A stretch of DNA of 64,000 nucleotides from a virus: the IMG/VR virus record IMGVR_UViG_3300049049_000114; one strand, 5' to 3'. Positions 8,967-19,237 of the stretch are shown here, in pieces. Both the position numbers and the translations under genes were made by a program. Each line of letters begins with the position of its first letter. Position 1 is the first letter of the stretch. A model generated the notes under the pieces. The model was given only the letters and a program-made list of their open reading frames with translations. It was not told the DNA's origin and made no database searches.

Positions 8967-9980
8967 ATGGCGAGTTTCAGGAAGCGGCCCAGCGCGAAGT
9001 GGCCGAACGGGGTGCAGGCGACGGTGAGCGTGGCGGGCGCCGGCGAGGCCAACGAGACCTTGCCGAACATGCGCGAGGCGCGCGCGTGGGCGGCCGAGAA
9101 GGAGGCCGAGCTGCGCGCCGGCCTGGCCGGGCAGTTCCCCAAAAAGTCTCTCGCTGACGCGCTCGAGCGCTACGAGCTCGAGGTCACCGCGCACAAGCGC
9201 GGCAAGCGCTGGGAGTCGGCCCGCATCGCCTACATGCTGCGCGAGTACCCTGCGCTGTGCGCCAAGGTGCTGCACAAGATGACGTCCTCCGACTGGTCCT
9301 CCTGGCGCGACAGCCGGCTCAAGAAGGTCAGCAAGGGGTCCGTGCAGCGCGACATCAACCTGTTCCGCAACGTCTGGTCCATCGCGGCGAAGGAATGGCG
9401 CTGGTGCGCTGAAGCGTCCCCGTTCCGCTCGATCAGGATGCCGGGAGACAACCCGGCCCGGGTGCGTACGATCACCTGGCGCGAGGCGCGCGCGCTGGCG
9501 CGGCGCATGGGCTACCGCACGGGCCGGGCGCCGGCGGATAAGTCCGGCGAGCTCGCCTACCTGCTGCTGCTGGCGCTGGCCACCGGCATGCGTACCAGCG
9601 AGCTGCTGGGCCTGACCGGCGAGACCGTCGACCTGCAGCGCCGGGTGGCGCGCCTGGACGTGCACAAGACGCTGGAGAAGGCCGGGGTGCGGCATGTGCC
9701 CCTGCCGCGGCGCGCGGGGCGCCTGCTGGCCCGCCTGCATCGCCCTGGGCCCCTATTCACCTTGACGCCCATGTCGGCCGATGCGCTGTTCCGCAAGTAC
9801 CGCGACCAGCTTCTCATCGAAGGGCTGACGTTCCGGGATACCCGGGCCACGGCGCTGACGCTGCTGTCGAGGCGGGTCGATGTGCTGACCCTGGCGGCCG
9901 TCAGCGGCCACCTGGATCTCAGGACCTTGCGCGAGGTCTACTACCGGGAGCGGCCGGAGGATATCGCGGCGCGCATTTAG
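8967..9980 (+). CDS. int: Tyrosine recombinase/phage integrase
   Basis: LALATGMRTSEL (catalytic R), TFRDTRAT (HxxR position), SGHLDLRTLREVYY (H...Y); preceded by RBS GAGGG. Confidence 0.92.
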   Translation: MASFRKRPSAKWPNGVQATVSVAGAGEANETLPNMREARAWAAEKEAELRAGLAGQFPKKSLADALERYELEVTAHKRGKRWESARIAYMLREYPALCAKVLHKMTSSDWSSWRDSRLKKVSKGSVQRDINLFRNVWSIAAKEWRWCAEASPFRSIRMPGDNPARVRTITWREARALARRMGYRTGRAPADKSGELAYLLLLALATGMRTSELLGLTGETVDLQRRVARLDVHKTLEKAGVRHVPLPRRAGRLLARLHRPGPLFTLTPMSADALFRKYRDQLLIEGLTFRDTRATALTLLSRRVDVLTLAAVSGHLDLRTLREVYYRERPEDIAARI

Positions 9981-9987
9981 GCAGAGG

Positions 9988-10323
9988 TCACCTGCACTGC
10001 TGAAGCCGATCAATCAATGAGGCAACGTCGGCCGATTCCCACACAGCGAATAGCTGATCTTCGTCGAAGCACCCGTCGCGACCGAGGCAATTGAAGTCCA
10101 TCGCCACTGAAGCGCCCAACTCCTGGGCGTCTTCGAGCTTGGCGCTGAAGTCTTCAGAGCCGCTGCACGCAATGGCGTCCGCCACTTGCTGCGACAGGAA
10201 GTCGTTGCAGTGGGCCCATGTCTCTCCTTTGATCTCCAGTGGGCCAAACACGCACGGGGTGTATTTCGAGAAAAGGGTGTTCGGTGGCAGCGCTAGGAAA
10301 TGCTGGCGGTTCACGATCTTCAT
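9988..10323 (-). CDS. Hypothetical phage protein
   Basis: 111-aa ORF, translationally coupled within the leftward operon. Confidence 0.7.
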   Translation of the reverse strand: MKIVNRQHFLALPPNTLFSKYTPCVFGPLEIKGETWAHCNDFLSQQVADAIACSGSEDFSAKLEDAQELGASVAMDFNCLGRDGCFDEDQLFAVWESADVASLIDRLQQCR

Positions 10324-10676
10324 GGCAGTTCAACCTCCTCGCCCAGCTTCGAGGCGACGAAGGCGCGCATGGCGGCGATGAGGGGGGTGGTTCCTGGCCA
10401 ATGACGTGCGCGTGGGTCAATGTGCGCGAACCAGTTGCCAGTGTCTGGCGCGCCTGGGTAGATGGTGATCCGCTCGCGCTCGATGATCGGCCCGCCCCAC
10501 TCCCATTCCTCGTCTGGCGCCCAGCAGTAGGTCCCATCGATGGGCGCCGCGATGTTGCCATCAAGCCAGACCCGCAGCGCTGTCCCGTGCGGCTCTTTCT
10601 CGACCTTGTAGCCCAGCGCCATGGCCACAGCGCGGCGCAGCAGCGGCCCGGTAAGTTCAGCGGTCTTGTGCTTCAT
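10320..10676 (-). CDS. NinX/DUF2591-like phage protein
   Basis: LLRRAVAMALG...GGPIIERERI...GTTPLIAAMRAFVASKLGEEVELP pattern typical of this family. Confidence 0.75.
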   Translation of the reverse strand: MKHKTAELTGPLLRRAVAMALGYKVEKEPHGTALRVWLDGNIAAPIDGTYCWAPDEEWEWGGPIIERERITIYPGAPDTGNWFAHIDPRARHWPGTTPLIAAMRAFVASKLGEEVELP

Positions 10677-10685
10677 GGTCGTTTC

Positions 10686-11114
10686 CTATTCGGCCTGCGG
10701 GGTGGGTGGGGTGGTCGACAGCGCGCGGCGATGCTCGGCGAACTTCTTGTTGACCATGGAGCCGCCGAAACCATCGGTCGGGAAGATCGCTGCGTCGCAG
10801 TGCGGGCACGTCGGAACCATCGTGCGGCTACGCCACGCCCGCTCGACACGCTGCGCGGCGCGAAGCCCGACCGTCTTCTGAAGCGCGTCCGAAGCGCACC
10901 GCTGCTGGGCCTCTACCTTGGCCTGCAACAGCGCCCAGCGCTCGATCAGCATGCGCAGGGCCGCATAGGTGCCGACCTGCTTCTGGCAATCGTCGCAGGT
11001 CACGAACTCGCCCTCGTCATTCAGGGTCAGGTGGATGTGCGGGCAGCCTTCGCGGGGCCATTTCCTCTCGCGCTTGAGGCGAAATTCACCGATCTCGACG
11101 ACTTGCGCGCTCAC
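10686..11114 (-). CDS. Hypothetical protein with Cys pairs (possible Zn-binding)
   Basis: GTG start; CxH, CDDC and CPHC motifs. Confidence 0.6.
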   Translation of the reverse strand: MSAQVVEIGEFRLKRERKWPREGCPHIHLTLNDEGEFVTCDDCQKQVGTYAALRMLIERWALLQAKVEAQQRCASDALQKTVGLRAAQRVERAWRSRTMVPTCPHCDAAIFPTDGFGGSMVNKKFAEHRRALSTTPPTPQAE

Positions 11115-13320
11115 CGCTTCCCCTCCATCGGCAGTGCAGCGGCATCGATGGCGGCGGCGGCTGAGATCCGGTTGCCGTCGCGCATCGCGATCTGGTGCAT
11201 GGTCCACGACAGGTCGAGCGCGTTGACCTTGTCCCTCGGCGTGTATCTGCAGGCCAGCGACAGGAGAGAACTGAACTCGCGCTCGCCACGCTCCGCATCC
11301 GCCTCGGCCCTCTCGGCTCGCTCGATGTAGGCGGTCAGCGTGGCGATCAGGCCGTGCTCATAGGCATAGTCGGCCGGGAACACGAGGGCCAGCTTCTTCA
11401 GCGCTTCTCGTGCCTGGGCGGCGGTAGGGTCAGTCATGGGGTCTCCTCCGGCCAGTCGCCAATCAGCACGACAACTCGTTTCCCGGCCTCCGAGCCATCG
11501 GCGTTGATCTTCGAGCCTCCGTCATCGTCCAGCGTGCAGATCCACCTCGGCCCTTCGATGCTGCGCACGTCGATCATCACGCAGCCTTCGTCCTCCAGCG
11601 GATGCTTGAAGGTGCGCTTGTTGATCACGACCGGCTTGCGGCCGTGCCCATTGGCGACGAGCTCGCCGAGTAGCTTGTGAAGTCTGGCGACTGTGGTCAT
11701 TGGGCTTCCTTCTGCTCGGGTGCGGGAGGCAGGGGAATGAATTCAGTCGGCTCCTCACAGCAACCGTCGCGCAACTCAAGGCGATAGCCGGGCGGCAGCA
11801 TCCTCCTTGCATCGTCGCCAACGAGCGCATCGCCCCACTGTGGCGAGATGATTGCGGGATAGCCGGGCTTGTGCCACACGCCGTCGATTCGCAGTAGCGC
11901 GCGGATGGCGGCGTCCTCGTGCACAAGCATGAAGCCATCGCGCGGCGCCTCCGCGATAGGCCTCCACTGCGGCACAGCCGCTTCCAGTGCAGAGCGCAAG
12001 GCCGTGATGCACGCCGCGATGTCCTTCGCCGGCAGTCCGGCGCTTGCGGCATCGGCGTAGCGGTCGGCCAGCCGCATCAGGTCGTCCACGGCGCTCATGC
12101 GCCACCTCCGTCCACGCCAGCAGGGGTGATGCCGTGCGCAGCTTCGATGGCGCGGACGAAAGCCATCGTGGGGGGCGAAAACTTGGTGATGTCGATTCCA
12201 TCCTTCCAAGCGGTGTATGTCAGCGCATTGGCGGTGCTCGGGAAGTTCCTGAACGCGCTCCAGAAGGCCCCCGTGATCTGCTCCTCCGTCAGCCCCACCC
12301 TGCGAGCCGGCGAGGCGGCGTAGAGCTTTTCCGCATCGCACAGCGGCGGGCGGACGTCGTGCCGGGTGTAGGTCTCGCGACCTTCGTACACCTCGCCGGT
12401 CGCGACGATCCACACCGCCGCCGCATCGGCCGGCTTGGGGAGGCAGGGGTTGCCCTGCTCGGCCCCGAGGCACTTCCCAGCATTCGCGCACTGCTGGCCT
12501 CCACATAGCGTGGCCGGCTTGGGGAGGCTGGCGCGGGCAGCGATCAGCGGCTCCTCGCCATCCCAGACGAGGATGCCCGCCGGGTCGCTCTTGATGTCGT
12601 CCGGGTGGCGCGGCGAACCCGTGAACGGGTTGAATAGCATCGTCTTGCCTATCATGGTCAGTCCTTCTTGCCGTCCAGTGGTGCAGAGTGCGTGTGCATC
12701 GGGTTGCTCAGCATCGCGGCTCGATCGGCGATCTCGCTCGTCATGGCGACGGCCCGCCCCCCTGGCCCGGCGGCCTGCTGGTCGGGGAGGGGCGTGGAGT
12801 CGTCTTCTTCGGGCAGCGGCGTTCCAGCGAGCGCCATAGCAGCCACAGAGCCGTCCTCGACAGTGGCTGTGCCCGCCTCGTCACACCAGAAGTTCCGCGG
12901 CTCGCCGCTGACCGTGTCCCACGCATCCGGGTCGGCGAGGTCAAAGTGGCGCTTGTCGGCGTAGAACTGCAACGCCTCGCGCCAGCCGGTCGGCTCGGCC
13001 TGCCCCACTGGCGCGGCCGGCTGGGAGGCAATCACGCCGAGGCGCCGCACCTCCCAGTCGTCGGGGTTCGCGAGCACATCCAAAGACGGGGCATACGCCC
13101 ACGGTTGAGTCGAGCCTTTGGGGCGCACATGGAATGCCACCGCCTCCCCCTGCTCCAGCGATGGCGCGGCAGGCGCAAGGGCTGCTAGGACGTCGGCAGC
13201 GACCTCCTGAAACGGTCGCCCTTTGAACAGGCCGACGCGAGCATTGCTGCGCTTGAACTCAACCCAGTTCGTGAACTCTGCAATCAGCGCCTGGCGCGCG
13301 GCTTGTTCGAGGGGGGTCAT
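11111..13320 (-). CDS. Run of five coupled hypothetical genes (11111-11437, 11434-11700, 11697-12098, 12095-12655, 12658-13320)
   Basis: Mostly ATGA-overlapping ORFs with phage-like codon usage. 11697-12098 has a DUF551-like WRPIAEAPRDG motif. Confidence 0.6.
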
Positions 13321-13342
13321 CGTTGCTTCCTGAGTGAGGGCT

Positions 13343-13960
13343 TCAGCGAGTCCAGTCGCCGGCGCCGAAATGAAACATCGGCCGATGGAAGGGCTGCTGC
13401 TGGATGAAGTCCGCCAGCGGCTCGGTGGATTCGTACACGTCCAGCAGCTTGATGGCGTGCTGGTGGACGGCCAGGCCCTCGGCCAGGTCCGCGATCGCCG
13501 CCCTGAGCCGGCTGACCTTCTGCTCGATGAGCATGTCGACGGCGTTGGGGCCGGAGTCCTTGCGGCGCACCTTGCCGCGCTTGCGCTCGATGACGCCAAT
13601 CCGCCGCTTGCCCACTTCGATGTTCATTCGCATGGAGTCGGTTCGGGCCGTCAGCGCCATTCGCCCGGCGGCCAGGATGTCGGGCACCTCGTCGTTCTCC
13701 AGCAGTTCATTGAACAGGGTCAGCAGGATCGCGTTGGCCTGCTGGTCGATGTTCGGCTCGCGGTCCTTGCCGGTCTCGTCGTAGTGCTTGCGCTTGCGGT
13801 CGTCGCTCAGCACTGCGTAGGCCGCATTGACTGCCTGCTGCGCCTTCTCGCTGCCGCCCTTGTCGGGGTGCGCCTGGGAGCTGCGGCGGCGGTAGGCCTT
13901 CTTGATGTCGGCCTGGCTGGCATCCTTGGCCACGCCGAGGGTGTCGTAGAGGTTCGTCAC
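13343..13960 (-). CDS. J-domain (DnaJ-like) protein
   Basis: NLYDTLGVAKDASQADIKKAYRRRSSQAHPDKGG...YAVLSDDRKRKHYDETG, with an intact HPD motif. Confidence 0.88.
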   Translation of the reverse strand: MTNLYDTLGVAKDASQADIKKAYRRRSSQAHPDKGGSEKAQQAVNAAYAVLSDDRKRKHYDETGKDREPNIDQQANAILLTLFNELLENDEVPDILAAGRMALTARTDSMRMNIEVGKRRIGVIERKRGKVRRKDSGPNAVDMLIEQKVSRLRAAIADLAEGLAVHQHAIKLLDVYESTEPLADFIQQQPFHRPMFHFGAGDWTR

Positions 13961-14148
13961 GCAGCGCCCTTCCGCGCCCACTGGCGCACCTTCTCGGACA
14001 GCCACTTGCGATTGCGGCTCGAGTTGTTGATCTCCGGCTTGGGAAAGTCCGGCTTGGTCACCACGCGCTCGGTGATATGCCGGCGTGTGAGGCCCAGGAA
14101 CGTCGCAATGTGTTCCGTGGTCCAGAGGTCGTCGGTTGTGGTCGTCAT
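13957..14148 (-). CDS. Excisionase/AlpA-like small HTH protein
   Basis: 63 aa, DLWTTEHIATFLG...PDFPKPEI...RKWLSEKVRQW. Confidence 0.7.
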   Translation of the reverse strand: MTTTTDDLWTTEHIATFLGLTRRHITERVVTKPDFPKPEINNSSRNRKWLSEKVRQWARKGAA

Positions 14149-14723
14149 TGCTTCTGCTCCTTTCGCGACAGGGCGTACCTCATGTCTTGCTCGACCTTGT
14201 CCATGAGGCGATCGAATTCGTTGGCCAGCCAGCGCGCCTCGCGCCAGTGGTCGCCGGCCAGGTTGTCCAGGGGCGTCCTGCCCTGCCCTTCGCACGGCTT
14301 GCATTCCTTCGTGCTCGTGACCTGGGCACCTGGGTAGACGAGCTCGAACTTGCGGCCATTGCAGTGCGGGCAGACCTTGCGCAGCCACCAGCGCAGCGTC
14401 ACCAGGCAGACCTGCAGGAGGTCCCGGCGGGTGATGTTCCGTGGCAGCTCGCTGCCGCGCTTGAACGACTCGCTCTTGACCCACCGATAGGCGTACTCGG
14501 CCATCACCGGCAGGCGGTTGTAGTCGCCCGTCACCAGCATGCGGTTGAGCATCAGCGCCTGGCGCCCCTTCTCGTCCTGGCGCGAGGCATAGCCGGCGGC
14601 CAGCAGGATGTCGGCATCGCGCAGGCCTTCGTCCAGCCATAGCCGGCTTGGCCGGAGGTCGTTGGCGCGCGTGGCCGAGGCGTAGCGCTCGAGCAGCGAT
14701 GGGGGTTGGTCGGTGATGGCCAA
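14145..14723 (-). CDS. Putative late-gene antiterminator (Q-like) with Zn finger
   Basis: CPHCNG...CKPCEGQG Zn-finger pattern; lies downstream of ninB/ninG, where Q sits in lambdoid phages. Confidence 0.55.
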   Translation of the reverse strand: MAITDQPPSLLERYASATRANDLRPSRLWLDEGLRDADILLAAGYASRQDEKGRQALMLNRMLVTGDYNRLPVMAEYAYRWVKSESFKRGSELPRNITRRDLLQVCLVTLRWWLRKVCPHCNGRKFELVYPGAQVTSTKECKPCEGQGRTPLDNLAGDHWREARWLANEFDRLMDKVEQDMRYALSRKEQKQ

Positions 14724-14733
14724 AGTGACTCCG

Positions 14734-14913
14734 TTACTGCTGGGCCGGTTGGGCCGCTGCCTCTTGCTTCAGCCGCTCGATCTGTGCATCAGCCTTCTTC
14801 AGTTGCTCGCGCAGGACCTGCATGAACTGGTGCTGCTGCGTGGCGGTCTCGTGCGCGAGGCGAAGCTGGTTCGACAGGTAGGTGATGGTCTTTTCGGCAT
14901 CGGTAGTGGTCAT
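14734..14913 (-). CDS. Small coiled-coil hypothetical protein
   Basis: MTTTDAEKTITYLSNQL..., coupled to ninG. Confidence 0.5.
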   Translation of the reverse strand: MTTTDAEKTITYLSNQLRLAHETATQQHQFMQVLREQLKKADAQIERLKQEAAAQPAQQ

Positions 14914-15497
14914 GACTTCTCCAGTTCTCGGCGCTTGGCCGAGTAGGTGGCCTTGATGGCCTTCAGGTCGTCGATCGAGTAGTGGCGCGCGGCCTGGTCC
15001 GCCTCGAGCGCTTCCACCGACTCCAGGCCTATGCGGGCAATCAGGCCAATGCGGTAGTCGACGGCCCGGCCGGCGCCGTGGCGGTTGCAAATGACTCGCT
15101 GCGCGTGGCAGTTCCGTTCGTCGAAGCGAAGATGCGGCGCGCTGCCGACGCTTCGGTAGTGGCCGGCATCGCAGTTGTGGCCACGGATCGAATCGGCCGC
15201 GGCAATCGGGACCCCGCAGCAGATGCAAGGCCGGCCGGCGTCGCGCGCCCGGATGTAGGCGTTGAATTCGCGCTGGGCTTCCTTGACCCAGTCGCTGCGG
15301 GTCTTCAGCCGCTCCTTGCGCTCACGCAGGTCCTTGCGCTCCTCGGCCGCCTTCTTCGCTTCAGCCTTCTCCCGCACCTTCCTGGCCAGGGCGGCAGCGC
15401 ACAGCCCCGAGCAGGCCTGCTGCAGCGGGCGAGCAGGGGTGAACCGCTCGCGGCATTCCTTGCAGCGCTTGGGCTTGATGGTGGCGGCTTGCAGCAT
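14910..15497 (-). CDS. ninG: NinG/Rap family junction endonuclease
   Basis: CKEC, FNAYIRARD, CICC, DAGHYRSVG, NCHAQ...CN motifs. Confidence 0.9.
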   Translation of the reverse strand: MLQAATIKPKRCKECRERFTPARPLQQACSGLCAAALARKVREKAEAKKAAEERKDLRERKERLKTRSDWVKEAQREFNAYIRARDAGRPCICCGVPIAAADSIRGHNCDAGHYRSVGSAPHLRFDERNCHAQRVICNRHGAGRAVDYRIGLIARIGLESVEALEADQAARHYSIDDLKAIKATYSAKRRELEKS

Positions 15498-15967
15498 CAG
15501 GCCGGCTCCCTGGCTTCCTGGTCCCGCGCCGTGACCTCGTCCGGCACGTCCCGGCCCAGGCTGGTGCGCTTCCACTTCACGCCCTTGCCGTCACCGAAGG
15601 CGTGGCCGACCGTGATGACGTCGCACATTTCGGCGATCGTCATTTCGCTGGTGCGCTGGCCCAGCACCACGAACCCCGTGCCGTCGAGGTTGGGGACCGC
15701 GTCCTGCTTGCGCAGCGAGGCGGTCAGCACGTCTTTCCAGTCCCAGTCCGACAGCTTTCGCCCGTACCAGTCGACCTGCTTCGACAGGTCATCCAGCACC
15801 GACCACATGATCCGGTTCTGCGCCAGGCTGCGCGTGTCGGCGCGGACCTCGAGGTGCAGCCGGTGGCCGGCCTGCAGCCAGGGCTTCACGAAGGCCCAGA
15901 CATCCCGGATCACCTGGTAGGCCTGTTGCACCCCGTAGAGCTCGCGGCGGATGCGCTGGATGCTCAT
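15497..15967 (-). CDS. ninB: NinB family recombination protein
   Basis: RSLAQNRIMW...WKDVLTA...VVLGQRTSEMTIAEM pattern. Confidence 0.88.
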   Translation of the reverse strand: MSIQRIRRELYGVQQAYQVIRDVWAFVKPWLQAGHRLHLEVRADTRSLAQNRIMWSVLDDLSKQVDWYGRKLSDWDWKDVLTASLRKQDAVPNLDGTGFVVLGQRTSEMTIAEMCDVITVGHAFGDGKGVKWKRTSLGRDVPDEVTARDQEAREPA

Positions 15968-16632
15968 GCCGCTTCCGCCTCCGCGAACACCGAACGGTTT
16001 GCAGCGGTCGCATGGATCATTCGCTGCATGGCCTCACGCGCCCGGCGCCGCGCGCGGTAGCGCTTCTCGATCTCATAGCGTGATTGCACGGTCGGCCGCG
16101 GCGCGTCACGTCCGCCGCCCAGCACGTACATGGGCGCCGGGGCGCCACCGCCGTCGCGGGTTTTCCATTCCCCGATTCGCACCAGGCCGATGCGCCGGCA
16201 GTGCTGCAGGAACTTCGCCACATTGCCGTAGGACGAGCCAACGGCCTCAGCCAAGTCGCCCTGCACGATGGGTTCGTCCAGCAGCCGCAGCATGTGCACC
16301 GCGTGCGCAAGTTCGGGCAGCGTGGTGCTTCGCCCGAGCGGCTTGCGCTGCACACCCGGCGGGTTGCACGACGGTCGTGCATCCGGCTTGTCACCGAAGG
16401 CAAACACAGGAACCGGCGCGCCGCAGGTGTACTCCTTGCGGTACTCGGCGATGTAGACCACCTTCAAGTCGTGGAGACGGTTCAGGATGCGCCGCATGAA
16501 CAGAAGCGACACGTTCATCCGCTCGGCCAACTGCCGGCTTGTGCGCGGCTCGAGTTGCACCAGGCGGATGATCGAGGCGTAGCCGGACCAGCCGAGCAGC
16601 TTGCCGCGCTTTGGGGTGATGGCCGTGCTCAC
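15964..16632 (-). CDS. Protein with two tandem winged-HTH-like repeats
   Basis: Two internal repeats of an HTH-like segment, each followed by IxE(Y/W)...GAP(V/A)P...G...DA.P. Confidence 0.6.
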   Translation of the reverse strand: MSTAITPKRGKLLGWSGYASIIRLVQLEPRTSRQLAERMNVSLLFMRRILNRLHDLKVVYIAEYRKEYTCGAPVPVFAFGDKPDARPSCNPPGVQRKPLGRSTTLPELAHAVHMLRLLDEPIVQGDLAEAVGSSYGNVAKFLQHCRRIGLVRIGEWKTRDGGGAPAPMYVLGGGRDAPRPTVQSRYEIEKRYRARRRAREAMQRMIHATAANRSVFAEAEAA

Positions 16633-16868
16633 GCTGCGCACCTTTCATCGTTCATGGCGGTGCGCGTCTGTTGGCGCCAGCGATCCCACATGATCAGGTA
16701 CTTGATTCCGGTGCCCTGCTGGAACATTCGTTCCCGAGCAACACGGCAATGGGTCTCGATGGTCTTCACCGACAGACCCAGTTTTCGGGCCGCCTCCTTG
16801 TGGCAGCCGTGCTCGATGAACGCATCCATCGCGCGCGCTTCGGCTGGTGAGATTCCCCACGGATTCAT
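16629..16868 (-). CDS. Solo LuxR-type HTH regulator
   Basis: ISPAEARAM...KEAARKLGLSVKTIETH. Confidence 0.75.
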   Translation of the reverse strand: MNPWGISPAEARAMDAFIEHGCHKEAARKLGLSVKTIETHCRVARERMFQQGTGIKYLIMWDRWRQQTRTAMNDERCAA

Positions 16869-17020
16869 GGCTTCTTTCCCTCAATGCGTTTCCGGATTTC
16901 TTCCAACTTCGCCCTGTGCTCAGCCGGTGCCGGCTGACGCGGCGGCAGCGTGTTGCGCTGCTTGCGGCGCTCCTCACGCTCGCGGCGGGCGTTCTCCTTG
17001 CGGATCTCCAGCGGCGTCAT
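16865..17020 (-). CDS. Small basic hypothetical protein
   Basis: MTPLEIRKENARREREERRK...; ATGA overlaps at both ends. Not in the ORF track. Confidence 0.5.
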   Translation of the reverse strand: MTPLEIRKENARREREERRKQRNTLPPRQPAPAEHRAKLEEIRKRIEGKKP

Positions 17021-17898
17021 GCGGCCTCCCGTTGCTCTCGAAGGGCCTTGGCGCGCGCTGCAGCAGCGCGCACCTCGGCAGGTGACATCCGGGTCGCGTC
17101 GAGCATCTGTGCGGTCTGCTTGGCGTCTGGCGCCGCATTGCCGTGCTCGGGTAACGGCTTCGGCTTCGGGAGTTCGCTTCCGCCATCGGCCTCAGGCACC
17201 ACGCCGTCCTCCCAGCGCTTGCCGCGCAGGTAGACCAGCGGGGCCTCGATGAAGCCCTCCTGCCACTTGGTCGTGCCGCGCTTGGTGCGCACGTCGCCCA
17301 GGATTGCGTCAGCAGCCTTGTCCAGGTCGTTGCGCCGCCAGTGGTCCCAGCACTTCGCCCGGTCCTGCTTGCGCTCGTTCTTCGGCCATGCCAGCCAGAA
17401 CTCTTCGAACCTCAGCCCTGTAGCCTCCCCCCGCTTGCGGGGGGTACGGGGGGTTTTAGCTTTGGGATTGGTCTTGGGATTGGGAGCTTTCGACCCGCTT
17501 TTGTCTGGGCCCCCAGCAGGAACCGACTTGGTTTCTGGTGCCGCAGGCTTCGCTGGTTGGTCACCGGAACCCTTTGATTCGCTTGGCCTTCCGCCCTTCT
17601 TGCCGTTGGTGCGAGCACGCGCTGCGGCGGCCTGCGCCCTCGCTATTTCGGCCTCGCAGCGGCTGTTAACCCACTCGCCTTCGGCATTCGGCTCGAAGAA
17701 CTCGCGTAACACCGCGTCGATCTCGGCGACCTGATCGCGCATGCCGATGAGCCTTGCAACCGACTGGGTTTCCGCTGGGATAGGCTTCTCGTGGATGTAG
17801 TACCAGTCGATCAAGCGGCGGTAGGCCAGGTCCTCCATGAGCGACAGGTGGCGCGTGTGCACCGCGTAGTCGCCGATGTGGAAGGGGTAGTAGTTCAC
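17017..17898 (-). CDS. Replication initiator, YdaU/DUF1376 family
   Basis: MNYYPFHIGDY...AYRRLIDWYY...CEAEI N-terminus; FEEFWLAWPK...PLVYLRGKRWED C-terminal domain. Confidence 0.88.
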   Translation of the reverse strand: MNYYPFHIGDYAVHTRHLSLMEDLAYRRLIDWYYIHEKPIPAETQSVARLIGMRDQVAEIDAVLREFFEPNAEGEWVNSRCEAEIARAQAAAARARTNGKKGGRPSESKGSGDQPAKPAAPETKSVPAGGPDKSGSKAPNPKTNPKAKTPRTPRKRGEATGLRFEEFWLAWPKNERKQDRAKCWDHWRRNDLDKAADAILGDVRTKRGTTKWQEGFIEAPLVYLRGKRWEDGVVPEADGGSELPKPKPLPEHGNAAPDAKQTAQMLDATRMSPAEVRAAAARAKALREQREAA

Positions 17899-19112
17899 CG
17901 CGCGTCCTCCGCGTGCCCAGCAGAAACCCGCTGGGTTTCTATGTCGGCGAACAGCGGGGCGTCGGCCGCAATGCGCCGCTGAGCGATCTCGACGTAGGCC
18001 GGGTCCAGTTCGATGCCGATGGCCGAGAAGCCTTCAAGCTCGGCAGCCTTGAGCGTCGAGCCGCTGCCCATGAAGGGATCCAGCAAAGTGCCGCCGGCAG
18101 GCGTCACCAGCCGGCAGAGGTAGCGCATCAGGTCCGTGGGCTTGACGGTCGGATGGTGGTTGCCGCGCTTGCCGGCTTCGACCTTCTCAGCGTCTCGCGG
18201 CGTGCGGCCTTGCTTGAACTGCGGGCCCGGATCGTCCAGGCCCGCATTGCGGTCAGCGCGGTCGGCCTTGGCGCAGTAGAAGAAGCGTGCGGCGCTACCG
18301 GCGTCGGCTCGTGGCTTGGCGGCATGTCTGCGATCCATGACGCCGTAGGTGTTTGCGCGCCCCATCTTTCCACTCGGCTCATCTCCGGTGAGTGAGCCTT
18401 GCTGCCCAGGTGCTTGCGGAAATGAGGCGATGACTTCATCGCTGCCGTCGTGGATCAGGTTGGCGGGCCAGCGGCCAAGAGCGCTATAGGTGGCTTGCTC
18501 ATGCCCTGGCACGTTGAGCGTGACCGTGTGCCCGGCTTGAGCGGTCTGTGAGCGCTGCACTGCGTCAGGGTCATAGTCGGGGTTCTCTATCCGGCAGCCG
18601 TCGATGTTCAGCGCGCCCGTGCCGTGCTCGCGCCAGTTCGCCTCGACGGTTCCGGCCAACGGCTTGCGGGCCATGCAGATGGGCTCCCACGCCGGCTTGA
18701 GTGCGGTCCCGCCCCATTCGCCGTTGTGCGACTTCGGGAAGCCGGAGCCGAATGCCCAGCCGATCTGGTCGCGAATCTCGAAGCCGGCGTCCTCGATCGC
18801 CACGACCATGCGGTGATAGGTGCGGGTGCCGCTAAAGGCGAGCAGATAGCCCCCCGGCTTGAGCACGCGGAGTGCTTGGCGCCACGTCTCCACTTGGAAT
18901 GCCACATCGCCGCCGTCCCAGGCCATGCCCATGAATCCGCCCGTCGCCGCACCGGCCTTCGAGCGGCTGTATGGGTTGTCAGAGCCTTTCGCAGGGCCGC
19001 CGCCGTTGTTGGTCAAGTGGTATGGCGGGTCCGTAACGATGGCGTCTACGCTGCATTCGGCCAGAGTGCGCATGACCGCCACGCAGTCGCCATGGATGAT
19101 GCGCACGGTCAC
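17895..19112 (-). CDS. N4/N6 DNA methyltransferase (beta class)
   Basis: IVTDPPY (motif IV), HPTVKP, LDPFMGSGST (motif I). Confidence 0.92.
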   Translation of the reverse strand: MTVRIIHGDCVAVMRTLAECSVDAIVTDPPYHLTNNGGGPAKGSDNPYSRSKAGAATGGFMGMAWDGGDVAFQVETWRQALRVLKPGGYLLAFSGTRTYHRMVVAIEDAGFEIRDQIGWAFGSGFPKSHNGEWGGTALKPAWEPICMARKPLAGTVEANWREHGTGALNIDGCRIENPDYDPDAVQRSQTAQAGHTVTLNVPGHEQATYSALGRWPANLIHDGSDEVIASFPQAPGQQGSLTGDEPSGKMGRANTYGVMDRRHAAKPRADAGSAARFFYCAKADRADRNAGLDDPGPQFKQGRTPRDAEKVEAGKRGNHHPTVKPTDLMRYLCRLVTPAGGTLLDPFMGSGSTLKAAELEGFSAIGIELDPAYVEIAQRRIAADAPLFADIETQRVSAGHAEDAR

Positions 19113-19237
19113 TCGGAACGCTCCTTGCCGCTACGGCTGCGAGCCTGGCCAGAGCGCTGGCTGGCTGGGGCTACGCCTGCCGACTTGCGGCAAGACGTGC
19201 TGAAGGGTTGGCGGGACAGCAAAAGGGACTCCAGAGG

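Noticed and set aside
5366-9142. 1258-aa minus-strand ORF
   Set aside because: Antisense shadow of the GC-rich giant gene: R/A/G-biased, no motifs, crosses gene boundaries.
19113-19237. Gap between the MTase and the cytosine-MTase remnant
   Set aside because: No convincing start/RBS or structure; possibly deletion debris.
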